A DNA stretch of 64,000 nucleotides from Entomortierella parvispora E1425 (GCA_020891255.1 BQFW01000010.1:248001-312000); one strand, 5' to 3'; positions 21,684-37,911 are shown, counted from the first letter of the stretch. A program made the numbers and translations. Notes: generated by a model not told the origin, from the letters alone.

Positions 21684-23519
21684 ATGCCTGCCATGACTCG
21701 AGCTCAAAAAAGACGCCTGGCGATCGAACCTCATGCATCCTCTATCTCTCTTCCTCCACAACACTTTGAGCAGCCCTCGCTTGTCTTGTTCATCCCCGAG
21801 ATTTTGTTCGAAATTGGAAAGCTCCTTGACAAAACCGAACTATGGTCCTGCTCTTTTGTCTGCTCCACTTGGCATTTGGTGTTATCGCCGTTTCTAGATT
21901 GGAAGGCGCTTGACAACTGCAGTCAATATCTGACCTCGATGAGTAGACGATACCATGACATCAAGAACCCGCACGATTACATGTACGAGTGGGCTCGAAG
22001 TGGCCTACATCTTGATCCACTCCTAGAAAGGGTTGCAAGGCCCAACGCATCCTTTAGTTTCCACTCATATCGATACACCCAGCTGTCCAATGACCACTTG
22101 GAGTACCACTGGTCCAAGGCGTACTCTCAGGAGTCAGAGGAAGTGAATGCACGGGCGGATGTGATCTGCATGATAGTTGAAAAGTCCAACAAGCTGACTC
22201 GCCTCAATCTCGATTTGAAGCAAAAGATGCCAGACTTGCCTCGATATCAATGTCGCTGGACAGAGTCCTTGCAACCTCAAATAACCGACGAGCCAGAAAG
22301 ACAATCTTGTAGCAACTCCAATACACCCCGCATCGGCCGAGGATCCAAACTTGATCTACCAATCTCAATGGGTCGTCAACGGAACCCAAATCCAAGATGG
22401 CCCTTGCTCACATATGTTTCTCTACAACGATGCTACCTGGAGTACAATTTCTTCAGCATTCTCCTCGGGAACGCCCCCGCGCTTGAAGCGTTCTCATTGG
22501 CGAAAGTTGTCTTCTCTGAGCCCGATTCAGCACATCTAGCTCTGCTTCCTGGAGTTTCACAGACTGGTCCAATACTTCATGATGAGCAGGAAGAATCTTC
22601 TACAGAATGGGAAACAAACATCAATATGAAGGCATCTGTCATTAGCTCGATGCATCTTAAGGACGTTAAAGGACTACATTATACAGATGTGCTTGGGTTT
22701 GCAAGCAAGCTGCCCCGTCTCCTGCACTTTACCTGCGGTTGTGGAGAAACTACAGAAAAAAGTCCAAATGCCATATTGGACCAGGGGTCCTCGATTGTTT
22801 TTGATGGATTTCGACGTCTTTTTACAATTTACCTTGACCGATGTCCTCACCAATATGTCTTGGCGATCCTTAAGAATCCTCAAAACTACCTCTATGTGTT
22901 CAGCCTCTCTTCTTCACAAGTCAGCGAGTCATTGGTGCATGGCCTTAACAGGTCGATAGCCTCACATATCGGCGCATTGATCGTTTATTTTAATAACGTA
23001 GAGCTGATCAACGATGAACATGCATTCCACGTCTTGTTGTGCTCAGTTCGGTGTATTGATACTTTTAGCCTTAGAAGGGGAGTCATGATTTGTGACCCTA
23101 CCATCCTAGAACAATCACGATGGGTTTGCTCCAACCTCACACACTTTGCCGTCAAGCCCAAGTGCGACGGTGGCGGTCTGGACTATACAGCGGAGGAAGC
23201 GCAAGAAGCGTTCATGAAGCAAGTCGGGTCGCTCAAGAGAATCCAAGTTTTGGATTTTGAACCGGATAAAATAGAAGACGATTCGTTTGGATTCAAACCG
23301 GAGAAAAGTTTAAGTTTACTTGATGGCATGTCAGAGCTTGAAGATGTCAATCTGGGAGTTCAAGCAAACAAAAGAATGGACACTGTGCATGCTGATCAGA
23401 TGCTTAGAATGTGGCCCAAGTTGCGGAGACTCTACGGATTCCCGGAGAATACCGTCGCAGGAAACTACGTGAAGGGTCTTCAGTCTAAAGTCAGTGTGGG
23501 AAGACGTCGCATGGGGTGA
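21684..23519 (+). CDS. F-box-like/LRR protein
   Basis: Likely start MPAMTRAQKRR at 21684. LFIPEILFEIGKLLDKTELWSCSFVCSTWH F-box motif; WVCSNL near the C-terminus. Paralog at 63323. Confidence 0.82.
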   Translation: MPAMTRAQKRRLAIEPHASSISLPPQHFEQPSLVLFIPEILFEIGKLLDKTELWSCSFVCSTWHLVLSPFLDWKALDNCSQYLTSMSRRYHDIKNPHDYMYEWARSGLHLDPLLERVARPNASFSFHSYRYTQLSNDHLEYHWSKAYSQESEEVNARADVICMIVEKSNKLTRLNLDLKQKMPDLPRYQCRWTESLQPQITDEPERQSCSNSNTPRIGRGSKLDLPISMGRQRNPNPRWPLLTYVSLQRCYLEYNFFSILLGNAPALEAFSLAKVVFSEPDSAHLALLPGVSQTGPILHDEQEESSTEWETNINMKASVISSMHLKDVKGLHYTDVLGFASKLPRLLHFTCGCGETTEKSPNAILDQGSSIVFDGFRRLFTIYLDRCPHQYVLAILKNPQNYLYVFSLSSSQVSESLVHGLNRSIASHIGALIVYFNNVELINDEHAFHVLLCSVRCIDTFSLRRGVMICDPTILEQSRWVCSNLTHFAVKPKCDGGGLDYTAEEAQEAFMKQVGSLKRIQVLDFEPDKIEDDSFGFKPEKSLSLLDGMSELEDVNLGVQANKRMDTVHADQMLRMWPKLRRLYGFPENTVAGNYVKGLQSKVSVGRRRMG

Positions 23520-23869
23520 CTGAGCACACCAATTGCTGATAAAGCGATGAAGCGTGGATACCTTCAGGATAGGCAGGAGACTCGAAATGCACCCCTGTCA
23601 AAGCACCGAGTGTCAAACGGCAGTTAGATCTCGGAAGGAAATAAAAGCTCAGACACCCACCTAGTTCTAGTAGAAAAAGAAGGATAAGTCTACATGTGCT
23701 TCATGGACGAGAAAAAAGGCAAGATACCATGAAGGAATGGTGGGTGACAAAAAAGGACACGGGCTGGACAAAATCGCGGTGCTTTGCCTTGGCGAACTCT
23801 AAAAAAAAAAAGAAAAAAAAAAGCGCACGCGTCCTTTCCGTACCTGAATTTTTGCGCCCTCCATTCATT

Positions 23870-25210
23870 CCTCTCTTTACCCCACTATACACCCTGTCTA
23901 ACGAACATTTCGAAATACGCCTTCAAGTTGCAGACTACTTGACCTTGTCTGATTTGTGCTCCTATGCACTCGTCTGCAAGCAATGGAACGACTCCTTCAT
24001 ATGTCTGCTCTACAATGATAGCAACCATCTGAACTCCAGTCTGTTGGCATCCAGCGCCACTTGTCCATGCTCGCCTGGTGAGATTCTCCATGGGAGACCC
24101 TGTAGTTAACATTCTCCTGGCAGGACCCGCAACCGATGTTCAACAACTGGTCGTGACGGGTGGAAAGGGGACCAAGCCTCGCTTCCTTTAAACTGGAGAT
24201 CTTCATCGCAGAAGAACCCCGAAATTTCTGTACTCCATTACCGTTTGACGGCACGCGATACCTTGGAAGAAACGGCGTCTCTATGCCCCAATTTGCGAGA
24301 GCTTGCGCTCAGTAACCACTATTTTCGAAGGAATGGTTGGCCATCGTTCTGGAACATTTGTCAAGAATTGAAACGTCTGCACCTCACGTTCAGCTATATT
24401 CCGGTATTTCCACCCTAAGTGTCGGAGGGTGAGTTCCTGCCCATGATGCGACGTTTGGCCTTGAGCTATGTACCTTGCGCACTCAGGATCAATTGATGCT
24501 CCTGTACGCGTGTTGCAACCTCGAGACCCTAACCTGGGTCTTAAGTATCACTCCCAACGAAGAAACCGGCATACAGTTGAAAGCCTACATAACTCATTCA
24601 GAGTCTCAGTGGACTTCGAGAGATCAATATCATGGTGCCACACATTATGCCCGGTAACTTGATCGGATCGAATTGGACTCGTACGTTCATAGGAGGCCTC
24701 ACTTCCTCGACATTGTCGCAGTTGTTTGACAGCGAAGAAAGAGCGCTTGACAGAAAGGAGGGGTTAGTGAAAGAACTACTGCTGAAACAGTATGGGTCAT
24801 TCGCCATTTGGATATTGAAGGCTGGACGGTGGCGACGCATGAGGACAATCACTTCATCTTGACATCATGCTCGAGGTTGAAGATATTCAGTACACCGAAT
24901 ACAAAATCGGACAAAAGTCCGCTTCCAATGAGGATACTCTGGGAGCACTCGGCCTGCATTCAACGTCCAGATTAGAGCCTCTTGCTGGGTTGGGTCTGCA
25001 CCCGACTTTCCAAAATCGAGATCGTGGTCGTTCATTAATCGCCCGAGAAAAGTCGAACCATGTTTGACCAGCTCTGTAGTATCAAAACTTGAACGTATTT
25101 CTCTGTACCGGGATGGATCCGGCCTGAACCCAAAGTTAATCCAGTGGGACGATGAAGCTTCCGCAAAATATCGGCATGCCAGTGACAAAAAATTCATCCG
25201 AAAATAGCTC
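23870..25210 (+). pseudogene. Decayed F-box/LRR gene
   Basis: FEIRLQVADYLTLSDLCSYALVCKQWNDSF F-box with no ATG. Later LRR-like fragments (LYACCNLETL, ILTSCSRLKIF, MFDQLCSIKT*) lie in different frames and contain stops. Confidence 0.7.
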
Positions 25211-25434
25211 ATGGATGACGCAGCTTTGGCCATGGTTGGAACTATTCCCCTTGGAATGATACTATACTACTGAATAAAATAAATTGGGTCGCACTCCGAA
25301 ATGACCGGTTCTCTGGAGCATTGAATTAGGTACAGAGACAGATACCCCTCAGAAATCGACCAGAAAACTTGTCATGCAGCAACTCAATGATGAATGCCAT
25401 TTGATTATGTTTTACTAGAGTTGGAAAGCAATAA

Positions 25435-28158
<2,724 letters not shown>

Positions 28159-28438
28159 TTCATAAGGGCAAAAAGGTTAGAACATGCATGAAAACGTAAT
28201 GGCAAGAGATGTGCATTGAAGCATTTCCAGCGTTTGGAACACGAACCTGCATCGTGCTTGGTTTAACGGAGGTGATTCCGTACGGAAGTTTAAGATCCTC
28301 GCCCATGCTGGCCGGTTGTTCCTGTTCTGATCGAATGAATGGTTGTTTGCATGCAGAGTGCTCTTGACCCCTTCTGGCTGTGCTCTGAAATTGGTCAATG
28401 ACAATCTACACCCTTAATTTATTCCCCTTACGCTCGAA

Positions 28439-29560
28439 ATGCGCGAGTGTCCCCTGTTTGCCCCAAAGATCCTTTTTCTTGTTGCTTTCCACCACGACCT
28501 CTCCAGTCTAGCAAACCCTTTCGAGAACCTACGCGAGAACGTTTCACTTTTCCCATATTTTGAGAATACGACTTGGGAGTACACGCGGGATTTCGAGTTC
28601 TTCCAGCAATCCCTTTAAAACAAACCCAAGGCCCTTGTATCAACGATCGAGCACCACCGACGATTTTCCTGCGCTTCCCTCGAGCTCAATGGCAGGATAC
28701 TCCACCCCAACATGATGACTGTCATGAAAGGTCCATAACCCTCCTCGTACTCTCCCTGGACGGTTCGCGGACTACCTCTTCCGCATCGAGGCCATCGAGA
28801 ACGTTGATGATGATCAGCAGACGGTGAACATGTGGAGGGAGAAAAACAAAAGGTTCAAAAAAAATATTCTAAACAAGAAGAGGGACCACAATACGAAATT
28901 GAGAAAGAGATTAAGGAGGAGAGTATCTTGGAAACATATGACTACAGGGGTAAAGACAGGATGGGAAGGACAACATCCGAAGATCTGAATTGAAGGTACT
29001 GGAAACTCCTAGTAGGCAGTTCCGCAATGGACGACTGTGGATATAATCTGATGGCATTAGGTACTACCATTGAAGGAACTCAAGGACAGACAAAGGCCAG
29101 CGAAGGGGGGCTTCAGCAGAACGGTGCTGTCAGGACTCCAATTTTACCCATGGGCTTGGATTCAATGATCAAAATGCCCTTGATGGTAAAGGCCGCCTCA
29201 AAGAGAACGGACAGGGATGCAGGCGCGAAAGGAAGAGACGGCGATGCAACAATGGGCTAAGGCCCAAGATCGAAGGAGGCAAAGCCAAAGACCAGCCTGG
29301 GCGCAATGATCCAAAAGATGCACCACCGGAGAGGAATTGGGGTCAAAGAAGAGAAACAAATACAGATGCGGGCCATCGCCCGTTGATACAAGCACAAGTT
29401 CATCCGCAGATAGATCGATTGCCTGCAGAGCAGGCGATCCACATCACAATGTCGCCAACGGCCATGTTCAACAGGCCTTGGAGTGGGGTTTGGGCTTTGT
29501 TCATTTCAGACTGGACCGTGCACAAGGAGACCAAAAAGAAAAAAAAGAAAGAAATCAGCG
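28439..29560 (+). pseudogene. Decayed coding-like remnant of unknown family crossing the left boundary of the inverted repeat
   Basis: ATG at 28439 is open for 59 codons, then TAA, more coding-like sequence and frameshifts (..YLFRIEAIENVDDD..). Family not recognised. Confidence 0.3.
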
Positions 29561-30178
29561 AAACAACAGCGGGCGGGCTCAAAATGGGCGAAGCACGTTT
29601 TCCCCTGGCGTTCTCGCGCATATGTTGCCCTCTTCTCGTCTTTCTCATGCCTCCGTCTCTCAATGCCTGGCCTGCATTCTCTGCATCTCTCCATTCCACC
29701 ATCCATTCTCCATCACCCCTCTCTCTCTCTCTCTCTCATCCAGGGACACCAGCCTCCATTCACTCCATCTCATTCCTTCATTCATTTGCTCAGTGCAGGC
29801 ATCTCTCGACTCATATGCCATTGGCGCGTTTGACAGCACTAATTCAGAGCAGACCACTTGCGTCCAAGAGGGCTGATATCCTTTACAATTGCCACCATGC
29901 CCACCGTTCAATTCAACGAGATCATTCACACACAAAGTCAACGTCAGTACGCGGGACAAAGGATCTGATGTTTGTTTTTATCATCTAAATTAGTCCATTA
30001 TTTTGTCAGAATTAAAGAGAGAAAACAAGAATTTTAATAGAGTGCTTTGAAAGGGAGTGCTATGGAAGGGAAGAGAGTACTTTGGAAGGGAGGAGAGTGC
30101 TGTGGAAGTGGAAAAGATAAGAAAAATGTAAGTTTCAAAGAAAAAAAATGGTTTGTGGAAGGGATAAAGTGAGTTGGC

Positions 30179-30340
30179 GTACCAAGTCCCCCGATGTTTG
30201 TTATAGATGCTGACGACTGCGTGCCATCACCACATCCCATCGGGATCATGGATTTGTGGAAGAAACAAAGAGCAGTACCAAGTCCCCGATGTTCGCTGAC
30301 GACTCTGAGCCATCACCTCATCACATCGGCATCATGGATC
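30179..30340. repeat. Degenerate two-copy tandem repeat (period ~96 bp) inside the arm, mirrored in the right arm
   Basis: gtaccaagtccc(c)cgatgtt...gctgacgact..gccatcacc..catcgg.atcatggat at 30179 and 30275. Confidence 0.85.
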
Positions 30341-30716
30341 ACCGCCCGACTATCCTAACTACACTAGGGCTAAACTAACTAGTCTAGAAGCGAAGGAAGG
30401 GGGACGGAAGAAAAGGAAGTTTTCTCTCTTGATTCTTGTTTCTTGAATTCTTGTTTCTTGTTTCTTGGATGGGGGGCTCAAGACCAAAGAGGGCAGGGAG
30501 GCAACTGCATTTGGGAGGCAGGCTATGATCAAGCCGAGGAGGCCAGGTGGTCTTGAGGGCCAAGGTCAAGTCCGAAGAGTCAGACAACCTTGAGGCCGAG
30601 GCTTGGGCCGGAGCGGGCAGGCGGGCAAGGGGGCTTGTGGCCGCGGCAGGTCTTGAGGGCCGAGGTCAAGCCATGAGAAGGCAGACAACTTTGAGGACGA
30701 GCCTTGAACTTGAAAA

Positions 30717-30883
30717 GGCAGGCAAGTTTGTGGCCAAAGACTTGAAAAGGGCAGGCAAGTTTGCGGCCAAAGACTTGAAAAGGGCAGGCAGGTTTGCGGC
30801 CAAAGACTTGGAAGGGCAGGCAGGTTTGCGGCCAGAGTCTTGGAAGGGCAGGCAGGTTTGCGGCCAGAGTCTTGGAAGGGCAG
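30717..30883. repeat. Minisatellite of five 32-33 bp units (ggcaggcargtttgyggccararwcttgraa(a)g), mirrored at ~31853-32019
   Basis: Units start at 30717, 30750, 30783, 30815 and 30847 (33, 33, 32, 32, 32 bp). Confidence 0.92.
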
Positions 30884-31402
30884 TAAAGGTGGGCCAGGAG
30901 ATCAAGACCATTGGGACCGGGGCCAAGGAGGGCAGGACCGAAGTTGAAAAGCCGATGTCGTTGGACCGGAGACATTTGTTGCTGGCCGAGGGGAGGATGG
31001 CAGCATGGTGGTACGTGCTTGGTGTGCTTAGTGTGCTTAGTGTGCTTTGTGTGTGTGGAAGGGGAGTGAGGAAGAAATGAAGGATGAGGAGCAAAAAAAA
31101 GAGGGGAACCATGGAGGGTATTTGTATGAAAGTGGATTCATCTCTCTGCTATCGCCTATCGACTGCGGTCTCAGATGTGCGATGCGATAGCGAGATAGCG
31201 ACATGGCGACATGAGGGAGGGATGACATTGATTGGTCTAAGGATAAGGTAACGGAGGAACGATGCTGTCGCAAAGGAAGGAAGGATGGCGATTGGCCTGT
31301 CGAAACATGTGAAAGAGGAGAAAAGCGAGCGAGCAGATGTTAACTTTTGGGTGTGGAGCGAAAATAAGAGAACTGACTGCGCGTGGACGCGAGATGAGAC
31401 GT

Positions 31403-31501
31403 GCCATTTTGCCATGGAGGATGAAAATAAGGGAAGTGGCCACGCGTGAACGGGCCATTTTTGCATGGAGGATGAAAATAAGGTGGCAGATGGCGACGCG
31501 T
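31403..31501. repeat. Two 30-bp direct repeats in the palindrome spacer, each followed by ACGCGT
   Basis: gccattttgccatggaggatgaaaataagg (31403) and gccatttttgcatggaggatgaaaataagg (31454); ACGCGT at 31442 and 31496. Confidence 0.85.
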
Positions 31502-31591
31502 TTTCGCTTTTTTTTTTAAAAATTTGGTGAAATTCTGAAAAACAATGATGGCTTGGCGGATGTAAACAAAACAACGGCCCATCCGAACAAT

Positions 31592-33973
31592 CCCACTTTC
31601 ATACTTTCATACAAATACCCTCCATGGTTCCCCTCTTTTTTTTGCTCCTCATCCTTCGTTTCTTCCTCACTCCCCTTCCACACACACAAAGCACACTAAG
31701 CACACTAAGCACACCAAGCACGTACCACCATGCTGCCATCCTCCCCTCGGCCAGCAACAAATGTCTCCGGTCCAACGACATCGGCTTTTCAACTTCGGTC
31801 CTGCCCTCCTTGGCCCCGGTCCCAATGGTCTTGATCTCCTGGCCCACCTTTACTGCCCTTCCAAGACTCTGGCCGCAAACCTGCCTGCCCTTCCAAGACT
31901 CTGGCCGCAAACCTGCCTGCCCTTCCAAGTCTTTGGCCGCAAACCTGCCTGCCCTTTTCAAGTCTTTGGCCGCAAACTTGCCTGCCCTTTTCAAGTCTTT
32001 GGCCACAAACTTGCCTGCCTTTTCAAGTTCAAGGCTCGTCCTCAAAGTTGTCTGCCTTCTCATGGCTTGACCTCGGCCCTCAAGACCTGCCGCGGCCACA
32101 AGCCCCCTTGCCCGCCTGCCCGCTCCGGCCCAAGCCTCGGCCTCAAGGTTGTCTGACTCTTCGGACTTGACCTTGGCCCTCAAGACCACCTGGCCTCCTC
32201 GGCTTGATCATAGCCTGCCTCCCAAATGCAGTTGCCTCCCTGCCCTCTTTGGTCTTGAGCCCCCATCCAAGAAACAAGAAACAAGAATTCAAGAAACAAG
32301 AATCAAGAGAGAAAACTTCCTTTTCTTCCGTCCCCCTTCCTTCGCTTCTAGACTAGTTAGTTTAGCCCTAGTGTAGTTAGGATAGTCGGGCGGTGATCCA
32401 TGATGCCGATGTGATGAGGTGATGGCTCAGAGTCGTCAGCGAACATCGGGGACTTGGTACTGCTCTTTGTTTCTTCCACAAATCCATGATCCCGATGGGA
32501 TGTGGTGATGGCACGCAGTCGTCAGCATCTATAACAAACATCGGGGGACTTGGTACGCCAACTCACTTTATCCCTTCCACAAACCATTTTTTTTCTTTGA
32601 AACTTACATTTTCTTATCTTTTCCACTTCCACAGCACTCTCCTCCCTTCCAAAGTACTCTCTTCCCTTCCATAGCACTCCCTTTCAAAGCACTCTATTAA
32701 AATTCTTGTTTTCTCTCTTTAATTCTGACAAAATAATGGACTAATTTAGATGATAAAAACAAACATCAGATCCTTTGTCCCGCGTACTGACGTTGACTTT
32801 GTGTGTGAATGATCTCGTTGAATTGAACGGTGGGCATGGTGGCAATTGTAAAGGATATCAGCCCTCTTGGACGCAAGTGGTCTGCTCTGAATTAGTGCTG
32901 TCAAACGCGCCAATGGCATATGAGTCGAGAGATGCCTGCACTGAGCAAATGAATGAAGGAATGAGATGGAGTGAATGGAGGCTGGTGTCCCTGGATGAGA
33001 GAGAGAGAGAGGGGTGATGGAGAATGGATGGTGGAATGGAGAGATGCAGAGAATGCAGGCCAGGCATTGAGAGACGGAGGCATGAGAAAGACGAGAAGAG
33101 GGCAACATATGCGCGAGAACGCCAGGGGAAAACGTGCTTCGCCCATTTTGAGCCCGCCCGCTGTTGTTTCGCTGATTTCTTTCTTTTTTTTCTTTTTGGT
33201 CTCCTTGTGCACGGTCCAGTCTGAAATGAACAAAGCCCAAACCCCACTCCAAGGCCTGTTGAACATGGCCGTTGGCGACATTGTGATGTGGATCGCCTGC
33301 TCTGCAGGCAATCGATCTATCTGCGGATGAACTTGTGCTTGTATCAACGGGCGATGGCCCGCATCTGTATTTGTTTCTCTTCTTTGACCCCAATTCCTCT
33401 CCGGTGGTGCATCTTTTGGATCATTGCGCCCAGGCTGGTCTTTGGCTTTGCCTCCTTCGATCTTGGGCCTTAGCCCATTGTTGCATCGCCGTCTCTTCCT
33501 TTCGCGCCTGCATCCCTGTCCGTTCTCTTTGAGGCGGCCTTTACCATCAAGGGCATTTTGATCATTGAATCCAAGCCCATGGGTAAAATTGGAGTCCTGA
33601 CAGCACCGTTCTGCTGAAGCCCCCCTTCGCTGGCCTTTGTCTGTCCTTGAGTTCCTTCAATGGTAGTACCTAATGCCATCAGATTATATCCACAGTCGTC
33701 CATTGCGGAACTGCCTACTAGGAGTTTCCAGTACCTTCAATTCAGATCTTCGGATGTTGTCCTTCCCATCCTGTCTTTATCCCTGTAGTCATATGTTTCC
33801 AAGATACTCTCCTCCTTAATCTCTTTCTCAATTTCGTATTGTGGTCCCTCTTCTTGTTTAGAATGATCTTCTTGGACGTTTTGTTTTTCTCCCTCCACAT
33901 GTTCACCGTCTGCTAATCATCATCAACGTTCTCGATGGCCTCGATGCGGAAGCGGTAACCCGCGAACCGTCCA
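31592..33973. repeat. Right arm of ~2.4 kb inverted repeat
   Basis: Near-identical to the left arm. Differences are scattered substitutions, homopolymer/(CT)n length changes and an 8-bp duplication at the inner end; mismatches increase in the outer ~150 bp. Confidence 0.97.
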
Positions 33974-34150
33974 AGGAGTATGAAGCTGGTGGACCCTTCG
34001 AGGGTCAACACGTGTGCGAGTGTGTCGAAGTCTGGACTAAAAATTTATTTTTTGCATTCTGTTTGGTTCGGGGACCATCCGAAAATAAGAAAATAATGAC
34101 CCAAAGCAGGCCTAAAAATTATAATATACGCTTGATTGTTGGTATAGATC

Positions 34151-34903
34151 TCAGTCTTGGGTGCGGTACCATAGTATCCTGTCCCAAGTCCTGTTGTCGT
34201 CAGATAAAGTTTTCTCCTTGGCAGCGCTCGCTCCTACATCGCCTCCGAAATAGCTAAGAACGATCTCCATAACTCGGGGCTCAGCCAGGCTGCCTCTTAG
34301 GGTCGCTACTTCTGGGATTTCCGCTAATGGCGGAAAGCTCACTTTCCACTCGCCTATGTTACGATAAGAATATATAGTTGTGTTGTAGAAAAAGGAACTT
34401 TTGGTCTTTGTCTCCTTCCAAGGAGCCGAATGGTCTTCACACTTGTCGATTGAATTCCTGTCTCGGCAGAGTCGACATCTCCGGATGGTCCAGCTCCAAT
34501 TGATCAATTCCCCAACGTGCTCGACCCCCGTCGCTGAGGAGATGGTGTGAAGCCTCTGAAGGACTGGCAACGGTAGGTGGGATCTGTTTGGCTCTTGGAA
34601 GTTTGAGAGTCGGAAACAGACCTCGCAGAGATGACGGCTTATAACGCAGATATACACCATATAACTCTTAAAGTGGGCTTGTCCTCGGAGAAGGCGAAGT
34701 GGTTTCATGTCCGGATGGGTGAACTCATAGATTTGTTTCCAGAAAGGTAAGGAGCCAATGATGAGGTGAAGGGTTCGGCTGACTCTGGAGAGGCGCGAGA
34801 GCTGGGAGGGATAGAGTCGCGCAAAGATCATTAGCCATATCTCGGGAGGGATTTGCTTATCGACACACTGCCTCTGTCGTTGACTGAAGTCGTCCGCGGA
34901 CAT
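34151..34903 (-). CDS. F-box + CxxC..CxxC protein, array-2 copy A (most divergent)
   Basis: Start MSADDFSQ. IPPEIWLMIFARLYPSQLSRLSRVS F-box; HLCEVC and WTIRRCRLCR; FGGDVG..AAK..TWDRILWY tail. Confidence 0.85.
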   Translation of the reverse strand: MSADDFSQRQRQCVDKQIPPEIWLMIFARLYPSQLSRLSRVSRTLHLIIGSLPFWKQIYEFTHPDMKPLRLLRGQAHFKSYMVYICVISRHLCEVCFRLSNFQEPNRSHLPLPVLQRLHTISSATGVEHVGELINWSWTIRRCRLCRDRNSIDKCEDHSAPWKETKTKSSFFYNTTIYSYRNIGEWKVSFPPLAEIPEVATLRGSLAEPRVMEIVLSYFGGDVGASAAKEKTLSDDNRTWDRILWYRTQD

Positions 34904-35246
34904 TCTCCTGTTGGTGAGTGAGGTCGAGATGCAGGGGGAAGGAGGGAGGGAGAAAGGGGCATGGGTTGTGGGAACAATTGATTGCCAAGCCTCCCGCACA
35001 TTCCCACCCATGTGACGTCGTTGTGACGCAAAGGAAAAATGGGATGTGTGCCGTTGAAAAATGGCGAAATGGCCTGGGTCGATCTGTGATCGTTTCATGG
35101 TCAGCAGGGAAGGGATGGAGGATCCAAAGCGGTCTTTTGGGCTCGTTCTCTTCACTCGTGTCTCTCTTTCTCTCTCTCTCTTTGTCTCTCTCTTTCTCTA
35201 CAACTCCCTCTTTTAGTCACAGACACACTCCCATCCATCCACAATC

Positions 35247-37201
<1,955 letters not shown>

Positions 37202-37274
37202 TAGTGTACATGTACTTCAATACTTGAACGTCCTCATCAACAAAAATGAAAAATAAAAAATTGGGAACATCCCC

Positions 37275-37593
37275 TCAATCTTGGTCCTCATACCACAAAA
37301 TCCTGGACCATTTTTTTGCGCCGTATTTCTTCGTTTCGTATTCTGCAGCCTCGAATCTGGCGGGTCCGCCCAAATGCTTGTTCTCATCAACGATAACATC
37401 GTACTAGCTGGTAACGCCAGTTGCTAGACCTGTCAGGGCAAAAAGTCGAGTCCAGATGGGCAGAGAGGCAACGACGGAGAAGAAGTGCTGACGCGTGAGA
37501 GGCGCGACAATTGAGATGGGTATAGATCCGAAAAGATCCTTCCCCAAAGCTCCACCGGGAGATGCTTTCGGTTGATATCCGTCTCGCCGACAT
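37275..37593 (-). pseudogene. Array-2 copy B, frameshifted and internally deleted
   Basis: Frameshifted F-box N-terminus joined almost directly to the tail KHLGGPARFEAAEYETKKYGAKKWSRILWYEDQD*; the zinc-finger core is missing. Confidence 0.8.
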
Positions 37594-37911
37594 GAGAGTC
37601 CGGGAAAGGAGTGGGGATAAGGGTTGATTTGTTGGATGAGGAGGAAGAAAAGTCAATACTTCTAAAGAAGCAATTTACACCAATGGGCTGTATCAATATT
37701 GGGCTATGTGATGTGATGTTCGCTTTAATCTGCTTGCGTTCTGTTCTTTCGAAACTCGACTTTGAATGCTCTCATCGACACCATGGGGCCTGCCATTCTA
37801 CACTCCATTTTTTTTTTTTTTCAGAGATAGCTTCATTCGTGATATTTAGGTGACTCCTATATGACGGAAGAAAGGAAAGCCCCCAATACGATGCTTGCGA
37901 GGGGGTGTTCT

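Larger units (their letters stand above)
28757..31135. repeat. Left arm of ~2.4 kb inverted repeat
   Basis: Reverse complement of 31592-33973. Mirrored ORFs (29027/33703, 30547/32189, 30580/32156) confirm it; paired coordinates sum to about 62730-62736. Confidence 0.97.

Noticed and set aside
24865-25233. 122-aa minus-strand ORF
   Set aside because: It overlaps LRR-like fragments of the plus-strand F-box pseudogene; shadow.
28840-29500. Faint TnpB/Fanzor-like phrases (KNILNKKRDHNTKL; SKRCTTGEE; HNVANGH)
   Set aside because: No CxxC pairs or RuvC acidic triad can be placed, and the SKC-like words come from a local degenerate repeat. Needs an HMM hit.
30717-30883. 32-33 bp repeats as a CRISPR array
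   Set aside because: The units are contiguous with no unique spacers, there are no cas genes, and the context is eukaryotic.
29027-33703. Paired ORFs of 60-215 aa inside the inverted-repeat arms
   Set aside because: They arise from low-complexity repeats, and their frames differ between the two arms through homopolymer indels. Not called as genes.
28720-34010. Target-site duplication flanking the palindrome (MULE/foldback insertion)
   Set aside because: The ends are fuzzy and no direct repeat was found on the two flanks, so it was not annotated as a mobile element.
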